From the human T2T-CHM13v2.0 reference genome, Homo sapiens, in assembly GCF_009914755.1 (NCBI RefSeq), contig NC_060938.1: a stretch of DNA of 64,000 nt. The stretch is one strand, 5' to 3'. The translations under genes were made by a program, and so were the position numbers. The notes beneath the pieces are model-generated. The model saw only the letters and a list, made by a program, of their open reading frames with translations. It had not been told where the DNA came from and made no database searches. Positions 11,253 to 26,204 of the stretch are shown here, one piece after another. The first letter of the stretch is position 1, and the number at the start of each line of letters is the position of its first letter.

Positions 11253-11406
11253 CAATAGAAGAAGTCTCTGCCACAGGCCCACAACTTGGGCTACTCTGTC
11301 TTCTGAGAATTTGGGGAGCTCTGCTTTCTGAATCAGGACAATGTTTTATGGTTGATGCTTTTTCTTCATCCGGAAAGTTGTCTTCAGGGTAACTGCTTAT
11401 CCTTGG
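11253..11406 (-). CDS. MAP4K5: MAP4K5 coding exon (~exon 18, 154 nt): PRISSYPEDNFPDEEKASTIKHCPDSESRAPQILRRQSSPSCGPVAETSSI
   Basis: ccactag|CCAAGG...ATTG|gtatgg. Confidence 0.94.
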
Positions 11407-11716
11407 CTAGTGGTACAAAGACAAAAAAGTACTTTAACAGTTATCATTAGGCATCAGAGTCTTTAGGGAAAGGGAAATGCACCTTTTTTCATTCTTCTAT
11501 ACAGTTCAATTCACTGGGCTAAGTGAGCAAAGTAAGAGGTGAGTTACTGCCCAACACAACTATCAACTTGCCATGTGATTTTTAATCAGCCTTAAAACTG
11601 ATAAAATTTTTATAACTAATATAATTATATAAAAATCCACAAAACAACTAGAAACAATCAAGAAAAATGACTCCACTAATATGTCAAATTGTAGTCATAA
11701 GAATGATAAATGATGA

Positions 11717-12082
<366 letters not shown>

Positions 12083-12290
12083 GCCTTTTTCTAATAGCTA
12101 TTAAAAATATTGTATTCCTCATGAAATCTTCTTTACTATATATTTTACACCATCATACACTTCTTTTGAAGAAAACTCTATTCATCTAAAATACATTTAA
12201 GAAAATTTTGAAAAAACTCAAAATTATTTTAAAAATTTAACTATATTATTTAAATAAGGATTTAGTGTTCAAAATCATTAAGTAGCTCAC

Positions 12291-12333
12291 CTTAGGAGGT
12301 AGGGGAGGTGGTATTGCACGTTTTGAGGTTGAT
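12291..12333 (-). CDS. MAP4K5: MAP4K5 coding exon (~exon 17, 43 nt): STSKRAIPPPLPPK (proline-rich SH3-ligand motif)
   Basis: gtattag|ATCAACC...CCTAAG|gtgagc. Confidence 0.95.
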
Positions 12334-12900
12334 CTAATACAAAGAAGAAATGCAATTTAGATGATGATAAATGACCGTAACCGAAAACACAGATACTATT
12401 AAATATGTATTAAAATCAGTTTCTATACAGAGGATGTAAAAGACAGATCACGATGCAGAGTATAAAATCTTTAGGAAGACCTAAGACCTCACTCATATTG
12501 TCAAATTGTATGTCTATAAAATAAAGATTTTAAAAAGTGGACACAAAGTCTTATTTTACTTTTATGGTTATGCTTTGCTATATTTCTTATGTAATAAAAA
12601 CTAAGTTAACTTCTTGGTTAAAAAACTGATTCAGAATTTTAGAGTTGGGACCCATAGATTCAAGTGGGTATATCATCAAACCTTTTGTTACTCAAAGTAG
12701 ATCCTCAAACCAGCAGAATTGGCATCATCTGGGAACTTTTCTAAATGCACAGAATCTTCCTTTTAATAAGCTCTCCAGGTCAATAAGTTTGAGAAGCACT
12801 TATCTAGTCCACTGGTCCCACACACTTATCCACAGTCATTGCAATCAATTAGGCGGCTTTCAGGATTCTTAGATCCAGTCCCAAAGACTGTATTCTATAC

Positions 12901-13194
12901 CAGAGGTTGGCAAACTTTTTCTATGAAGGGCCAGAGAGTAAATACTGCAGGTTTTGCAAGGCATACAGTGGTTGTAACTATGGAACTCTGCTGTTATAGT
13001 GTGAAAGCAGCCATGTACGATACATAAACTAATAAGCATAGTTATATTCTAACAAACTTATTTATGACACTGAAATTTGAATTTCATGTAATTTTCATGT
13101 GTAATAAAATATAATTATTCTTTTGATTTCTTTTCAACCATTAAAAATGTATTTACTATTCTTAGTTTGTGGGCTGCCATAGTTTGTTAACTCC
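12901..13194 (+). mobile_element. hAT-Charlie MITE (MER58B-like)
   Basis: cagaggttggcaaactttttc...aagggccagagagtaaata start; catagtttgttaactcc end. Confidence 0.75.
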
Positions 13195-13625
13195 AAATGT
13201 ATAGGCCTAATGTGGGAACCTAGGAATCTGCATTTCTAAAGAGCTCTGTAGGCAATTGCAGTACACAGACAGGTTAGGAACAACTCATGAAGGCCAGCCC
13301 CCTCACTTAATTGTAGAGGTAACTATATTGGAGAGATGAACTGGGGCTTTTTAACTCTGTTACAGTATTTTTTCCCATGACATCATGTGACTCACCTTTC
13401 AGTATATTATCATTACATAGCATATTCTGATTAAAAACAAAAACAAATAAAAAACCTTAATGATCAATACATGATGCTTTTTGGTAAAACTCAAAAGCTT
13501 TACCTTCATTAATGGCATAACTTTTTCAAGAATGCAAATTAAAGCTTATTAGAATAAATCACATGCCCCATACTGTTCTTATGTAATCAAATAAAATATA
13601 GTTATTAAATTAGAAAACAACTTAC

Positions 13626-13693
13626 TTGCCAGTATTTGCACCATCAACAAAAGGATTCCACTGTAACATGAAATTTGGGTCTGATGACAATCC
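13626..13693 (-). CDS. MAP4K5: MAP4K5 coding exon (~exon 16, 68 nt): GLSSDPNFMLQWNPFVDGANTG(K)
   Basis: tttacag|GGATTG...GGCAA|gtaagt. Confidence 0.93.
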
Positions 13694-14204
13694 CTGTAAA
13701 GATAAAAATATAGTTTAAAATGTTACTTTGTAACAGGTATTAACCATTTTATTTGATTCAAGAAAACATTCCAGTGTCATGATTATTAATCATCTTGGCA
13801 TTCAATCAATTTTTTAATCTCTAGCTAGATTTGCTTTGTCATTTGACATATTTAGGTCAATGACTCATTATCAGTCGACCTGAACTTAAGAAATTCCATA
13901 AACATACTAAAGGTAGCTTCAAATGTGACAAACCTTCTTTATCAGTATGTGAGCATATTCCAAAGCAAACAATAAAAGAAAACAACTGAATTATCTACAT
14001 CATCACTCCATTAGCATGGAAAACTAAATATCATATTACTAAACTGTCATGAATTTACTGGTGCTACTACTTTTCCCTCTTAGCATGGAAACTGGGGTTT
14101 TATCATACAGCAACATTTACAGTAAGAAGAGCACTACTTCCAAACATTAAGGATGAACTCAATAGGCTAGGTTAGGCTAACTCTAATAATATCTTGCTTC
14201 ATTA

Positions 14205-14522
14205 CTTTTTTCTTTTTATTTATTTATTTATTTTTGAAACGGAGTCTCACTCTGTCGCCCAGGCTGGATGGAGTGCAGTAGCTTGATCTTGGCTCACTGC
14301 AACCTCCACCTCCTGGGTTCAAGCAATTCTCCCTGCCTCAGCCTCCTGAGGAGCTGGGTTTATAGGCACATGCCACCACGCCTGGCTGATTTTTGTATTT
14401 TTAGTAAAGACAGGGTTCTGCCATGTTGGCCAGGCTGGTCTGGAACTCCTGACCTCAGGTGATCTGTCTGCCTCAGCCTCCCATAGTACTGAGATTACAG
14501 GAGTTGGCCACTGGGCCCGGCC
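14205..14522 (-). mobile_element. Alu (AluS-like)
   Basis: full dimer with (TTTA)n tail. Confidence 0.93.
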
Positions 14523-14981
14523 ACTTTTTTCATTTTAGATAAGGAAAGAGGTAACTAGATAGTAAATTCAAAATAGCAGCAATGGTTAAAAAAGAAACTA
14601 TATTAACAAATAAAATATATTTAAAAAATAGTAAGGCAATACAGAATGTAGAATTTACTATAAAACAAACAGAATCAGTTAAAAAAAAAAAGGTCCTAAG
14701 AGCTTAAAGCTGAGAATCAAATTCTGCGTATTTAATAACATCATGTAAAACCTTCAAAAGACTAAGGAGGTTAAAATGAATGATTGAAATAGTGTATTAC
14801 ATCGTACTCTAGTAAAAATAAAACTAACTATAAACTTTTAAAAACTTTAATACGGGAAAAATTGTCAAAATTAATGCTTAAAAGAGTATATTACTTTGTT
14901 TTCTAATCAAAGTACAACTAACAAAAAAAAAGTTTTCTCAAATCTTAATGTGAAAATAATGCTTTAAAAATGAATTCTTAC

Positions 14982-15040
14982 CATTTCATCTCGTGCTTCT
15001 GTTTCTTTTCTCAGAGGAGGTTCAAATTGTAATTTGTCAA
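14982..15040 (-). CDS. MAP4K5: MAP4K5 coding exon (~exon 15, 59 nt): (F)DKLQFEPPLRKETEARDEM
   Basis: tttgcag|TTGACAAA...GAAATG|gtaaga. Confidence 0.95.
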
Positions 15041-16120
15041 CTGCAAAATATATAACAGGTATGTACAAACTCAGCATCTCAAAGGGTTGATCTCAGAAAT
15101 GTAATGACAAGTTTGTATATGGGGTGGGGGAGGGAGAAAGAAGAGGGGAAAGAAGACAAAAAATATGTTATTTTTTGACTACAAGAGTACCCCTTTGTTA
15201 TGCTTACCAAAAGTAAATAACAAAGTGGGATCTTCCTAACATCTCTACTTAATTCTTGTTTGGAATCAGGAAATTAAACAGTTCTTTTTGTATAAAAGAG
15301 ATTTTTAAAAATTCATCAAAAATAAATGACTAAGTAAAAACTTTAAGAATTTTCTCTATGCTGTAGACTCTGTTTTGAGACGGTTTAAGCTACAGCTTCA
15401 TGGCAGAGATGAACTAAGAAAAACTACCTAAAAATTATCTAAAAAGAACAAATGACTTCTGTTCAATTAAATGTCACAATGGCATTCAGGAATCTGATAT
15501 ATTTTGCTAAATATGTATTTTATTTGGCCTAGTCATACTGACTTCAGAGTTATTCAAAATATTCAAAGAGTAACTTCTTTTCTATAAAATATTCTAAAAC
15601 ATAGAAAAGGAGGGTTTATTACTTCCTCATAAAGTATTTAAAATTTAAAAATTCTAAAATCTAATGTGATTAAAAGCCCCCCAAATTTTTTTAAACACTC
15701 ATACTTGCATCATAGAGATGCAAAATTCCTAAATACAATCTTAGGAAACAAAATATTTTTAAAAAGCGCTTTCAAATAGGATCCAGTTGTCCTTATTCCT
15801 AAAAACAAGATTTGTAAAAAGCAAACACAAAGTACTGACATAATTCATCACATTAAACAAAAACAGTATGTCATAAATTTTTCAATAAAAGTTTAGAAGA
15901 CATTCCATAAAATACAGTATCTACTTTAAAAAATAATCTAAAATAAAAAGTCCTGGGACATTAATGACTTAACGTAATTAAAAAACATCTGAATTCAAGA
16001 ACTACTACTATTCATAAAGAACCTCTTTAGTCTTTTGAAACAGAGATGAGCTAAAGTTTGTTTTTGTGACAACCAGAAACACTGGCAAGCAGGTCTAGAG
16101 CTGCATTTCACATTACATAA

Positions 16121-16453
<333 letters not shown>

Positions 16454-16529
16454 ATTTTTAAATAACAGAAATTGGACTTACCCTTCTGTATAAACAGCTA
16501 TCTACATGTAAACATATATATGTCTGCAT

Positions 16530-17740
16530 GTTTGTGTGTGTACAAACTAAAGCAACTGTTTGGAGGCAATGCACCACAGACACCGTAAGTCTGTGATTCT
16601 TAAAAGAAGGAAAATACATGGTGGTAAGAGCCATATTTACCCTGACTTTCTGCCTGGGGGCACTTTCCAAACTAGGACACAAGAAAATGGAGCCCACAGA
16701 GAAAGTAACAGTCTCAACAGGTGAACGGAACAAGGATTTGAATTTAGCGCTGCTTAGGTAGAGGGCACAGTCCCAAAAATAAGCTGTATGAAGGATGAAC
16801 TCCAAAAATATGCAAAGAAGTTTTCTTAAGTCTTTGGCTGAATACTAAGGGCAAAGCAAGAGTATGCAAGTTATCTCAGAAAACAGCTAACAGAGCGCTG
16901 TGAGCTTCTGGAAATCCCACAGTACCAGGAAAAATTTGGCTTTCTACCTGAGGAAAGACCTTGCTGAATACTCTACTAAAACCTGACACAAGCCTTGAAA
17001 GGATTAAGTAGACATACCAGGTAATTAACTCTTTAAAGAAAGAGGATAAAATCCAGATGCTCAACATTGTATTACATTGTCCAAGATACAATAAAAAAGA
17101 CAACCAAAGAAGCTAGAAAATAGGAACCATAACCAGTTGAAAACAAATTAGTAAAACCAGACCCAGAGGTGACACAGATGTTAAAATCAGCAGACAAGAA
17201 TTTCAAAACAGCTATAAATATGTTCAAGGATTTAAGAGAAAAGATAGACACAGTAAGTGAGCAGATGGAATAGCTCAGTAGAAAAACAGAAATTATATAT
17301 ATGGATGTGTGTGTATATACAGGTATAGTACATATATGACTGAAAGTCTAGATCCAAAAAATGCTTGCCTGAAATGAAATTCACTGAACAGTAGACTCAA
17401 TACTGTAAAAAAGATCAATAAGCTTCAAGTCACGGTAACAGAAACAAAACTGAAGTACAGTGAAGAAAAAAAAAAACTTACGTGTGGATACATGAAGAAG
17501 AGTGTAGTGGGAGTACAAAGCCTCCACGACCTGTAGACAACATTCAGTGTTCTTACGTATATAACTGGAGTCCCAGAAGCAGAGGAGAGAGACTGGGGCA
17601 GAAATTTTGAATAAATAGTGGCCAAGCATTTTCCAAATTTGATGAAAAATATTAACCTACAGATCTAAGAGGCTCAATCAGCCCAAGATAGAATACAAAG
17701 AAAAAATGCAGACACATCACAAATTGCTTAAAAACAAAAC
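16530..17740 (+). mobile_element. Old L1 5' region / ORF1 fragments
   Basis: ORF1-like motifs: cagatgttaaaatcagcagacaagaatttcaaaacagctata, ttttccaaatttgatgaaaaatattaacctacagatc. Confidence 0.7.
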
Positions 17741-18103
17741 AAAACCCACAAAAGTTTCATACTGCAGTACCTCATATCTTTTTTTAAAAACTGAGTTGAT
17801 GTCATGAATTGGGTTATAATTGGCAGCTTTAAAAAATACTCATGTAGAAGAACTTACAGATATGTTACAGGTTTTTTTTTTCAAAAATAGTTATTCTGTC
17901 AATATAGGCTTTTATTTGGTAATTATAGTCTATTTTTAGGATGAATATAGCTTGTCGAAAAGCCTCAACTATACCAATGGTTAAAAAAAACCAAAACGTG
18001 TCTTGAGTTTGCGCTTCCTACTTGGGAAATCTGTGATTACTTCTCTGGAGACAGAAACACTTACCTCCCTAGAACTGTTACTAAAGAGATTTGTAAGACA
18101 ATA

Positions 18104-18444
18104 TAGATGCTTCCTAACTGACAAAGGCTTGACTTACAAGTTTTCTGACTTTCTCGTGGTACAAAAGTGATATGCATTCAGTAGAAACTGTACTTTGAAT
18201 TTTGATCTTTTCCCAGTCTAGGGATATACGGTATGATACTCTCTTGAGATGCTGGACAGCGACAGCAAGCCGCAGCTCCCAGTCAGCTACCCTAACATTA
18301 AGTATTCTGAGCGTGTTTAAGCTGGCTGGGCTAAGTTATGATGTTTGGTAGGTTAGGTATATTAAATGTTTTTTTGACTTATGATATTTTCAACTTAAAT
18401 GGGTTTATTAGGATGTAACCCCATCATAAATCGGGGAGCATCTG
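18104..18444 (-). mobile_element. TcMar-Tigger MITE (MER47/Tigger5-like)
   Basis: Terminal inverted repeats (t)agatgcttcct ... ggagcatctg, flanked by TA. Confidence 0.75.
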
Positions 18445-20159
18445 TACCTCTCACTCAAAATCTCTATTGCCTTTATCACTCTTAGCCTTCAGGTAAGATA
18501 AAAAGGACAAATAGAAATCTCAAACTGAAGTTGGTTAAACTTTCAGAAATCCTGAGACTTCCTTAGCCTAAAGGGTTTTTTGTTGTTGTTTTTCTCTTTT
18601 GCCTGAATGACAAGTGACGGCAGTTCCCCTGGAGCTCATTAACTCTATGAACCAAAATCTGGGCATCCTATACATCTGGGAATACTGCCATCATCTCAAG
18701 TTACTATGTTTATTACATTTCCAGTTATTAACTGTAACTCAGAGTACACACAGTTTTCCATTCAAACAGGTCCAGGAAGCATTTCCTCTGAAACAACCTT
18801 TATATTAAAATTCAGAGACTGTCTTCTGGAAAACTGCCCTCTAAACTCAATAAATAGAACTTTGCCAGGTGCTGTTAATAACTAATGCAACAGTAAAATA
18901 GGGTGTTGATCCCTGTATTCATGTCTCTCAAACATAGAGACATACGCCAATCTTAAATTGCTGGAAGACTGTCCCAGCAGGACACCTCAAAAAGAGGTGA
19001 CAAGGAATCCTTCTGAAGCAGATGACTACAAAAAGAAGAGGGCTTCCACCCAAGTCAGTTGGACCAAACTGATAACTACATGAAAAGTCTGCCCAAGACC
19101 CATGGAAAGATAACTGGAGCCACTGGTTGTTTTACTTTAACCTGCAACAACAGTACTTTATTTCTTAGTCACATTTCCCCCCACTTTTTGCTAGCTGGAG
19201 GTTTTGGACTGTTGACAGATGCTTGTTACTTCTTTATGATGATACCTGTAGAGTCCCTATTCTTACTATTGCCCTTTGCAGCCTTAGTCAGTCTGGAGAA
19301 TGAGTCTAACACCTGGCTGAAATTTACTTGTGAGTCAGCTAAAACTATACAATTAAACTAACTGTTAGGCTTATACTCTTCGTGAATACCTCCTACCTTC
19401 CCTTGGTGCCAATTCCTTGTAATCAGCTGGTTTCCTAGGTAACGACTCAACCACCAATACACTCTTCAGATGACAAACCAAAAAAAAAAAAAGAAAAAAA
19501 ATTAGGTAATTTAGCTAATACAGTCATATCTGAATCAGACTGAGAAAGTAGGAAATCTGTCTTGCCATTCATAAAGCTGAAAGGACAGACACAAATCCAA
19601 ATGCAAAGTCAACAAGAAACAATGTTTCTCCCAAGGATACTTTGTACATGTAAAGTTTCATATAATGACCCCCTCTGAGTTATTCTGCTTTCTAACTGAG
19701 AAATGTCTCTCTCTCTAAAATCACTGACTGCCAGAAACATTGCTACATGAAATCACATTTAGAATGAATCATCCTATTCTTGCCTGGACTAAATCACTGA
19801 CACAGAGAAACAGACTCAATTTCCAGTCCAGATGCAGAGCTTCAAATAAAGGCATTTCTGAACACAACACTTCAAAAAGTTTCCAAGGAAACATACTCCC
19901 GGGTTTACTTTAACAGCAGAGACCTGATGTTCACCCTTTCAGATACATCCCTACTTTGCATTAAGTCATCATTTAAAATTCACCTGAACTCTACTCTTTC
20001 CAAAATCCTGTATTTCTTTTCCCTTGTTTGATGAAATCTTGAATGGTTTGGTTCCTCTGGTGTGTGTTCTCTCTCACTGCAAGGAGTCAGTAAACCTGAC
20101 TTTGTTGGACTACACATTTGCCCCTGGTGGTCTTAGACTGATTGGGTGTGATTCATAAT

Positions 20160-21570
20160 AATCATTTATGTCCACTAAAAATACACTGTAAAAATGCTTA
20201 CAGTAGTCATAATAGCCCAAAACCAGAAATAAATCAAATGCTCATCAACAGAAGAATGGATAAATTGTGGTATGGTCATACAATGGAATACTACAGTGTA
20301 GTGAAAACTGAACTATTACTACACATGACTCTAACAGACATAAAGTTGAGTAAAAGAAGCCAGGAACAAAAGTTGCTTTTTGTATAATTCCATTTACCTG
20401 AAGGTCAAGATCAGGTAAAAGCCAGTTTATGTGACAGAGATCAGAATAGTAATTCGCCTGGGCGGAGAGAGGGCAGGCGAGTATAGAATTTAAGAAAACT
20501 GATTGTGAAGGCTCTCGTGAGGGAACCTTCTGAGATTCTGATCATGTTCTAACTCATATTTTTAGCTGGGTGGTAGTTATATGAGTGTATATATTTAAAA
20601 ATTTACCCTGGAGTATTCGTAAGATTTGAGCATTTTACTGTATGTAAGCTACCACTTCAATTTAAAACACTGAAACAAAAAACAGAGTAGAAATAAATAG
20701 TATAAAATCTATCAAACCAACAAAAGCAAAGTGGTAAAACATTCCTGATAAATACAAAAGAAGTTTCACAAAAATTTAAAGACAAGTCATTAATAAAGTG
20801 ACCTTCTACTCTACCGCTTTGTCTGGTGCTTTAAGCAACCAGAACTTACTCTATGAGGATATTAGTATTTTGGGCTAATATTATGGAATATAAAAGAACT
20901 AAATCTTATCTCTGAAGAAGCCTATTTTGATTAAGAAGACTGAATATCATAAATATGTCAACTCTCCCAAAGTAATAAGATCTGTGTAAAAACAATGAAT
21001 TTTTCTGTTTTTTTTTAACCACATAAGCTGATTCTTAAGTTTATGTGGGGAAGAAGGCACAATAGCCAAATGTCATAATGAAAAAGAAGTGTGACAAGGT
21101 ACATATGTGTGTGTTGTGGGGAGGGGCAGAGAGTAGGAGTAGGATTAGTTCTAACAGATATTATCAAGATATAATAATCAAAAGTATGCTACTGGCACAA
21201 AAACAGACATGCAACAGAATAGAATTTCCAGAATAGAATAGAATTTCCAGAAACAACCCTAAAATATCTATGCCAATTCGGTATATAATAAAGATGGCAT
21301 ATCAAATCCATGAGTAGAAAGATTGCATTTTCAATAAATAATGAAACAAATGAGTAGTCATCTAGAAAGAAACTCAAGTTGAATCCATACTTCTTACCTT
21401 CTACCAAATAATGTATATCAGGTTTTTAAATATTAAAAAAAGAAACTAAAAACACAAGAAGAAACAATAGGAAAATTATTTGATAACTCTGGAATCGAGA
21501 AAGCCTTCTAAATATGACACAAAACCCAAAACTATACGAGAAAAGATAGATAAAATAGACTACATTAATG
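20160..21570 (+). mobile_element. Old L1 fragments (3' end and ORF2 remnants)
   Basis: agaagaatggataaattgtggtat...caatggaatactac; ttcaataaataatg...aaagccttctaaatatgacacaaaaccc. Confidence 0.7.
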
Positions 21571-22722
21571 GAATACTACAGAACTGCATAAAATAAAGAA
21601 TATGATGTTACAATGGAATATCAACTTTGTTACTTTTCTCTTTAGTATTGGAGGCCCACAGACTTCACCTCAGATTATAAAAGGAGAGAACAGCATAAGA
21701 AGATATCATCAATCTAGGCACTAACAAAGACACTAAATCTTGAATTACTGGCTTAATTATGAAAAGGCCTGATTGAAACAACTGAGAAGGGAAAGATACT
21801 CTAACTCTCTAGTGACTAAGAGTTTTAAAGCTATGTCCAGAAAGCTAGAAATGTTTGGGTTTATGAAAACTCAGACTTAAACAAAATGCACACTGGCAAT
21901 CATTCTAATTAGCTCAAATATTTAATGAATTATTTTCCTCTAGTATGGTTTACAATTTTATTTGATTTTGTTAGTCATAAACCTTATTTTAATATAAACT
22001 ACTTTAAATCTCTCAGAACAAGTATTCATTTAAGGCAATAAACCAGAGAACTAAAACGTCTTTACGAATCTGTAGTTCTAAATTAATTTAGCTAAGGTGA
22101 CAAATATTGATAGAAAATTTTCATCTGTCAATGATTATTAAATTAAAAACTAATCTCGCTTTTGAAATATTTCCTTTAGAAAGATTCATCTTAGTGCTAA
22201 TCTGATTTTTAAAACCTGAAACCAACCCAAATGTACAGTGAGAGTAAACTGGCTAACTACAATATATCAATTAATGAAACAGAATGCAATCGCTAAACAG
22301 AATGGTTATAAAGTCTATACTAATATATGGAAATTAATTCTATTGTTAAGTGAAATTTTATGCATAGCATAAATTCAGCCATGTAAAAATACACATGGAA
22401 AATGAAAGAAATGTGGCAAAATATTAACTATGGGTTGGCTCTGGGTGATGTGATTGCATGCAATGTTAATTTTCTCTTTTTTTTCTTGCAGATTTTCAGC
22501 AATGGGCATGATTTTGTCCATAACTGGAAAATAAAAATTATTCAGAAATTACAAACCAAGGGAATTCCATCGAAACCAGAAAAGCAACCCCTATTTTAAA
22601 AGTATTCTGATATGTTGAAGTATGTAGCCTTAGTCTGAAATTTTATTATTCTACAAAACATACAAGAACACGCAGCACAACCCTCCAAAACCACCAATGG
22701 AAAATGTAAACCAAACACATAC

Positions 22723-22801
22723 AATTTATTTCTGAAGTTGTCCGTTCAGCTCTGGCATTCCTGTTTGTAGATCTAATGGTATGACGAATGATTGCATGGG
22801 G
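22723..22801 (-). CDS. MAP4K5: MAP4K5 coding exon (~exon 14, 79 nt): PHAIIRHTIRSTNRNARAERTTSEIN
   Basis: tcacag|CCCCAT...AAATT|gtatgt; visible within ORF 22646..22876. Confidence 0.95.
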
Positions 22802-25004
22802 CTGTGAATATAAGCATAATATATATACTTTAACAAATTTCAATGAGAAAGTTAAAAGGTCAAACTTTCTTATCATTTATTGATAAATATGAATATCTAC
22901 TAGTAAATTATAGGATAAACATAAAACAAATACAATGAACGCTACAATACTTCGGAAGTTTTTTCACTTGTTCCATGTTTATACTGTATAAAATACTGAA
23001 GAGATTCAAAGACAGACACAAATCCTGTCCTCAAAGAGCTTACAGTCTAGGAAGATAAGACACACAAATACAGATAAGAAAATGGCAAGTGCCTTTCATT
23101 AACAGGATAAATGGACTACTATTAAAGCCCAGTGAAGGGAGAAATGACTTTGACCTGAAGGGGTATAGTTCTTCATGAAAGCTGTAATCTCATCTGGGGC
23201 TCTGAAGTACCAGTATGTACTGAATATGCAGCAATGTGGGAAAAGCATTTTAGACAGCAGAAAGAATAAGAACAAAGTGATGTAAGAAATAACAGGAAAT
23301 TGTGGAGTGTTTGTAGGCAGTGGGGGTTGATTATTATTTGTTTGCAGTGAAGATTAGGTGATGAGATGACAAAGATGGAAAGACAGACCATGAGGGTGAG
23401 CCCAATCGACAAAGGCTCTGAATGTCAGCCTGGGGCTCTTCACCTCAGTTTCTTGGCAAAAGGAATTTTTTGGAGACTTTACAGCAAGGAAGTGGCATTG
23501 CCAATGTCAGCTTTAAGAGTTATCTATTAAATATGTATGAGACTATGGAGGGGAGAAATATTGGATACAGGGAGATTGAGTAAGAATATTGTAGTAAGCC
23601 AAGTGAGAAGCATAATACTTCTACCCACCACGCAGAACCTCCTGCCCCTTAGGCCTTCAGCTCAACCCCTATTTACCAAATTTCTGATGACTCACTGTCA
23701 TTCACTGATGACTCTCAAAGTGGCTCATTTGTTCGCCCCTTACTTCAATACCCACCAAAACACCAAATAAATTCAAAGCCCCAGGAGGATCCATTGTTCT
23801 AGACTTATTTTCTGACCCCATCTTTAAAGACACTCTCATATATTTCAATGTACTCTCAACTCCTAAAAATCACATCTTGGACCCTGTCATCAACTCTAAC
23901 ACATGAATTTCCTCTATATTACAAATCTCTGATCTTTTGAGCTTACTCTCTCACTCCCATAACACTTGTTCAATGTTCCCATTGGAATATCAAGTCCATT
24001 GATTCATTATTTTCTCACTCTCCATCAACATCTCTCCTTATCCAGTTTATGTCTGGTAGCACATAATTTCAAGTAATTTCTTGCAAAAATTCTAAATTCC
24101 CTTTGCCCCACTGTCTTTTAGTACACTGGGACAGCAAAATGCCAATCCTGGATAAACTCAACTGGTTACCTTTGCGTTTACACATCTGGGGTATCAATCA
24201 TGCTGGAGGAAAATTACACAGCAGAACACACTGAAAATTCATCTAATCTGAGCTCCGACTTTGCCCACAAACACTTCTCTAGTCATCTAACCCTCCATTC
24301 CCCTCAATTACTATTCTGTACCTTCTTCACATTCTTCAAACCTACCCATTTTCCTTCATCCGTACAGATGACCTCACCACTTACTTCACAGAGAAAATAG
24401 AAATCACCAGCTACACTGCATTATCAACCATCCCTTTCTCTAATGGAAGAGCAGTGTTGCTTCTCCCTGCTTCCTTCTCATGGACTCTGCCTTTCCATCT
24501 TGCTTCCCTTGACTCTTCTATCTATTTTGGACAGTATTCATGAGCATTTAATACTGTTCAAGCAATGCCCCCCACCACACACACAAAAAAATCCTTCTCC
24601 AGCTTATTCTCTTCCAGCTACTGCTCTATCCTATCCCTCCCTTCACAACTCAATTTCATAAATGAATTGCAATACATATCTTTCAAATCACTCAATCTAG
24701 CTCCCCCTCCTCTATTAGAAAATTATCTCTGTTAAACTCATCAAACACTAACCACCTAAAGCCAAAACTAGTTTAACTTAATTTCTATGTTCTCATTGAA
24801 ACTCTCCTTTCTTCTTTCAATGTTCCTTATCAATCTCCTTTGCTATTGCTCTTTGCCTACTTGATCCTTAAATTTTGGGAGAAATCTCAGGTTTTGTGCT
24901 AGGCTCTCTTCTCATTCTACATGCTTCCCTTGGGTGATCGATCACATTTACTCCTAAGGCATCAACTACATGTGTATCTAATCACTCTCAAATTTATATT
25001 TTTA

Positions 25005-25320
25005 TTATTTTATTTACTTTTATTTATTTTTTTGAGACAGGATCTTGCTCTGTCACCCAGGCTGGAGTGCAGTGGCACAATCATGGCTCACTGCAGCCTT
25101 GACCTCTTGCATTAAAGTGATCTTCCCACCTTGGTCTCCCAGGTAGTTGGGACTACAGGAACCCACCACCAAGCCTTGCTAATTTTAAAACATTTTTTGT
25201 AGAGGCAGGGTCTCACTGTGTTGCCCAGGTTGGTCTCCAACTCCTTGGCTGAAGTGATCCTCCCACCTTGGCCCATCCTAAACTACTGGGATTACAGGCA
25301 TTAGCCATCATACCTAGCCT
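25005..25320 (-). mobile_element. Alu (AluJ-like)
   Basis: full dimer. Confidence 0.92.
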
Positions 25321-25890
25321 CAAACCTGTATTTTTAGTCCAAACTTTTCTCTCCAAGCTACAATGACATATCTAGCTCCTTACTAGACTTTTCCATTTGG
25401 AAGTTCTATGCAACATCTTCTTCAGTATAAAACTTAACTCATCTTTCTTTCCAAACCTGATTTTACCATAGTGTTCCTATCTTAGTAAATAGTAAATATA
25501 TCCATCCAACTGCTCAAGTCAAAATCTGGTAGTAATTCTCTTCTTATTCCTTACCTTCATGTCTTCATCCAATCATTAACTCTCTAATTCTTAAATTAAT
25601 ACACTTTTCTCCATCCTTGCTCTACCATCCTAGTTTACCATTATTTTTATCTTGTATAATTTCAACAGTCTTTTAACAGGTTTTCAGTAATGAACTCACC
25701 ATTCTGAAGTCACTGAGATCTTTAAAAAATGCACATTTTGATTATGTCACTCCCTTACCCTTTAATGGCTTTCTACTACCCTTAGACTAAAGCCCAACAT
25801 TTTAAATACAGTTTGATAGACAGTATCTAGCTCTGTATCGTTATCTTCTACCACTTCCTTCTTCCTTGTTTTCTGCCCTAGTCAGACTGA

Positions 25891-26204
<314 letters not shown>

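Noticed and set aside
13504-13544. Possible 41-nt poison exon (taag|CTTT...GAAG|gtaaag)
   Set aside because: Poor polypyrimidine tract and no independent support
19525-20150. LTR-like segment (agtaaacctgac...ggtggtctt end motif)
   Set aside because: Probably an old ERV LTR, but I cannot assign a family or boundaries reliably without RepeatMasker
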